NCBI GenBank assembly: GCA_038496445.1 | Contig: JALMLS010000076.1 | Location: 186,001-250,000, forward strand | Length of the DNA: 64,000 bases | Source of the DNA: Trichosphaerium sp. ATCC 40318 | Taxonomy: Eukaryota; Protista; Tubulinea | Reading direction: 5' to 3' | In this document: piece after piece, positions 62,075 through 64,000 of the stretch | Layout of the letters: every line of letters begins with the position of its first letter | How positions within the stretch are numbered: position 1 is the first letter of the stretch | Notes under the pieces: generated by a model | What the model was told of the DNA's origin: nothing | The model's database searches: none | Seen by the model: only the letters and a program-made list of their open reading frames with translations | Program-made: the position numbers and the translations under genes

Positions 62075-64000
62075 ATGCACGTGGTTTTTGGTACGAATTA
62101 GTTTGCAGTTTATTTCGCATATTGACCGCTTTATAGTATCTCTAATATTGTTGTACCTATGCGTCTTAATGTCGTGCTCTACTATCACTGTAGATATAAA
62201 TGATACACCGATCTCAAAACCTATTCCACCCAACTTCGCTGGATTCTCGATGGAGGTAACACAACACGGCCTTCTTTGTTCATTTTATGCTTTTTGAAAT
62301 ATCTATGGAAAAAGTGTTTGATATTTCTCCGTCTCCTTACAACTAACGTCTTTTTTTTCGTTTTAGGTAGGTTCTACAAAAACGATGGTAGGCGAGTATC
62401 CTGCGCCACCTAAAGCGTCTTTTGTTCAATTGATTAAAAACTTATGCGTAACGGAAGGACAAAAAGGAACAATCATAAGGTGAATAGTAGTCTGCTAGCT
62501 GTTTTTTGTTGGCAGTGTCTTTGTTAAATCATCTTATACTGGATACCTCTTACTTAAACATTGATTTATAGTATTACTAACTTATTATAGAATCGGTGGC
62601 AACAGCGCTGATGAATCATGGTGCGGGAATAGCATTTGAGTTTTTCCGTTTTATTTGAAAATCATGAATTTTTCTAAACGAGTTCAAGGTGGAATCCTGA
62701 GAAGAAGCCAAGGCCTCCTGGTGTCGGATATGATATCTCAACTGTTGATCTATATTCTATCAATAATTTTGTAAAGACTTTTGATGGATCATGGGTACCT
62801 GGCGTAATATTCAGAGAAGTAAGTTCACTTTTCTTTTTTTTTCTCTCGTTAAATTTCTTATTTTTTCAAAAAGCCAAAAAACGCTTCTTGGGCTGTCAAT
62901 TATGTCAATGCTATTGATAAGTATGTTGGATGGGATCATGTAAGTGCAATTGAGATAGGTAACGAAGTCGACGTGTTTGGAGAAAACGGCATACGGTACA
63001 TCTAATGAAAACGAATAGTTTACCCATGTAATTTCTTTTGCTTAGAGCAGCGAACTACTCCAACACAGAGTATATGACTGAGTTTAAGCTTTACGCAGAT
63101 ACCATATATTCTGAGACTAAAATGCCTAAAAAGCATATCCAAGGAGCGACATACTGTTGCCGGCAAGCTTTCGAGGAAGGCACGTGATATCGGGGTTTTT
63201 TTCTTATCGTTTTTCTCCGTGAAAAGTTTTCTCTTCATCTATTCACTGTTTACAGGATTACCAAAGTACATGTCAACATACCAAGATCAGTTGAAGACAA
63301 TATCATTCCATAGATATCCTGAGACCACGTGCCATGGCTCCCATGCATCATTGGCTAGGTTAATGGAGGACTCTGCATCTCTCGGACAAGTACTTAAATA
63401 CTCCAATGTACTACTTATCCAATACGCTTACTGTTCAAAGGCCACGGGCATGGAACCATACATTAAAGATGCTGCAAACCTTGGTCTTGAATATTATATT
63501 GGAGAAACAAACTCAGTGTCATGTGGCGGACAGACTAATGTCAGGTACACTCAGCCTTATTTAACAATTGGTTTCGAAGTTTATTAATATCGTAAAGCGA
63601 TATTTTGGGTGCTGCAGTTTGGGGAGTTGATTACATGCTTAATTTCGCACTCGTAAGCCAAACGATTATTGATGAAGTTGTAGCAGGGTATGACTTAACT
63701 ACTTTTTTTTTAAGGTCGGTGCTGCAGGTGTTAATTTCCATGGTGGTCCAACTGCTACGTATGGTCCTGTTGATTTTGACTTTAAAGATAACAATATACC
63801 TGATGTTAGACCATTGTACTATGGTATGGATATTTGTTTTATGTTTTTTTTTAAATTGAATGGATGTTTTTTTGTTAAAACCTTGTTTTTTAGCAATGTG
63901 GATTTTTGCTTCTGTTACCAGTCACAATGCCGAAATATTAGATACAAAGATAACCTCAGATGATAATTTAGTAAAGGTTTGGGGAATCAAGAAGCAAGAT
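62075..64000 (+). CDS. Glycoside hydrolase family 79 (beta-glucuronidase/heparanase-like), runs off window end
   Basis: PPNFAGFSME, IR|IGGNSAD, acid/base AIEIGNEVD, ISFHRYP, nucleophile YIGETNSVSCGG, AAVWGVDYML. Confidence 0.92.

Overview
AT-rich, gene-dense, intron-rich eukaryotic nuclear DNA with mostly short GT-AG introns and a dominant GTACGT-like donor. The gene content (dcd1-like ceramidase, TKL kinase, Zn2Cys6 factor, PA-domain 7TM proteins, Skp1-like gene) suggests a protist, probably an amoebozoan (inference). About 25 genes were reconstructed by hand-splicing. The ORF track fragments them, so exon boundaries are approximate. Housekeeping genes include a GH47 alpha-mannosidase, GPAT/DHAPAT, GST, Dcp2, a GH79 hydrolase, a pectate-lyase-like beta-helix protein, an acid ceramidase-like protein and a fimbrin-like actin binder. 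The most notable feature is an SCF-ubiquitin ligase repertoire interspersed among them. It includes a dispersed F-box + LRR family whose 21-22 aa repeats have a near-invariant framework and highly variable concave-face residues: two complete genes, one cut by the window edge and four relics. Four further F-box or F-box-like genes are present (SPRY-like, MORN-variant, Cys-rich, unknown). A divergent Skp1 paralogue sits about 70 bp downstream of one F-box gene, and an IFI6/IFI27-like gene lies nearby. Other observations are about 60 CACGTG hexamers by manual count, several GC-AG introns with GCACG donors, a macrodomain-kinase fusion, and five MLCK-type DFRxxL motifs in a CH-domain protein. No rRNA, tRNA, CRISPR array or recognisable transposase was seen. 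No database searches were run, so all family calls rest on motif recognition.
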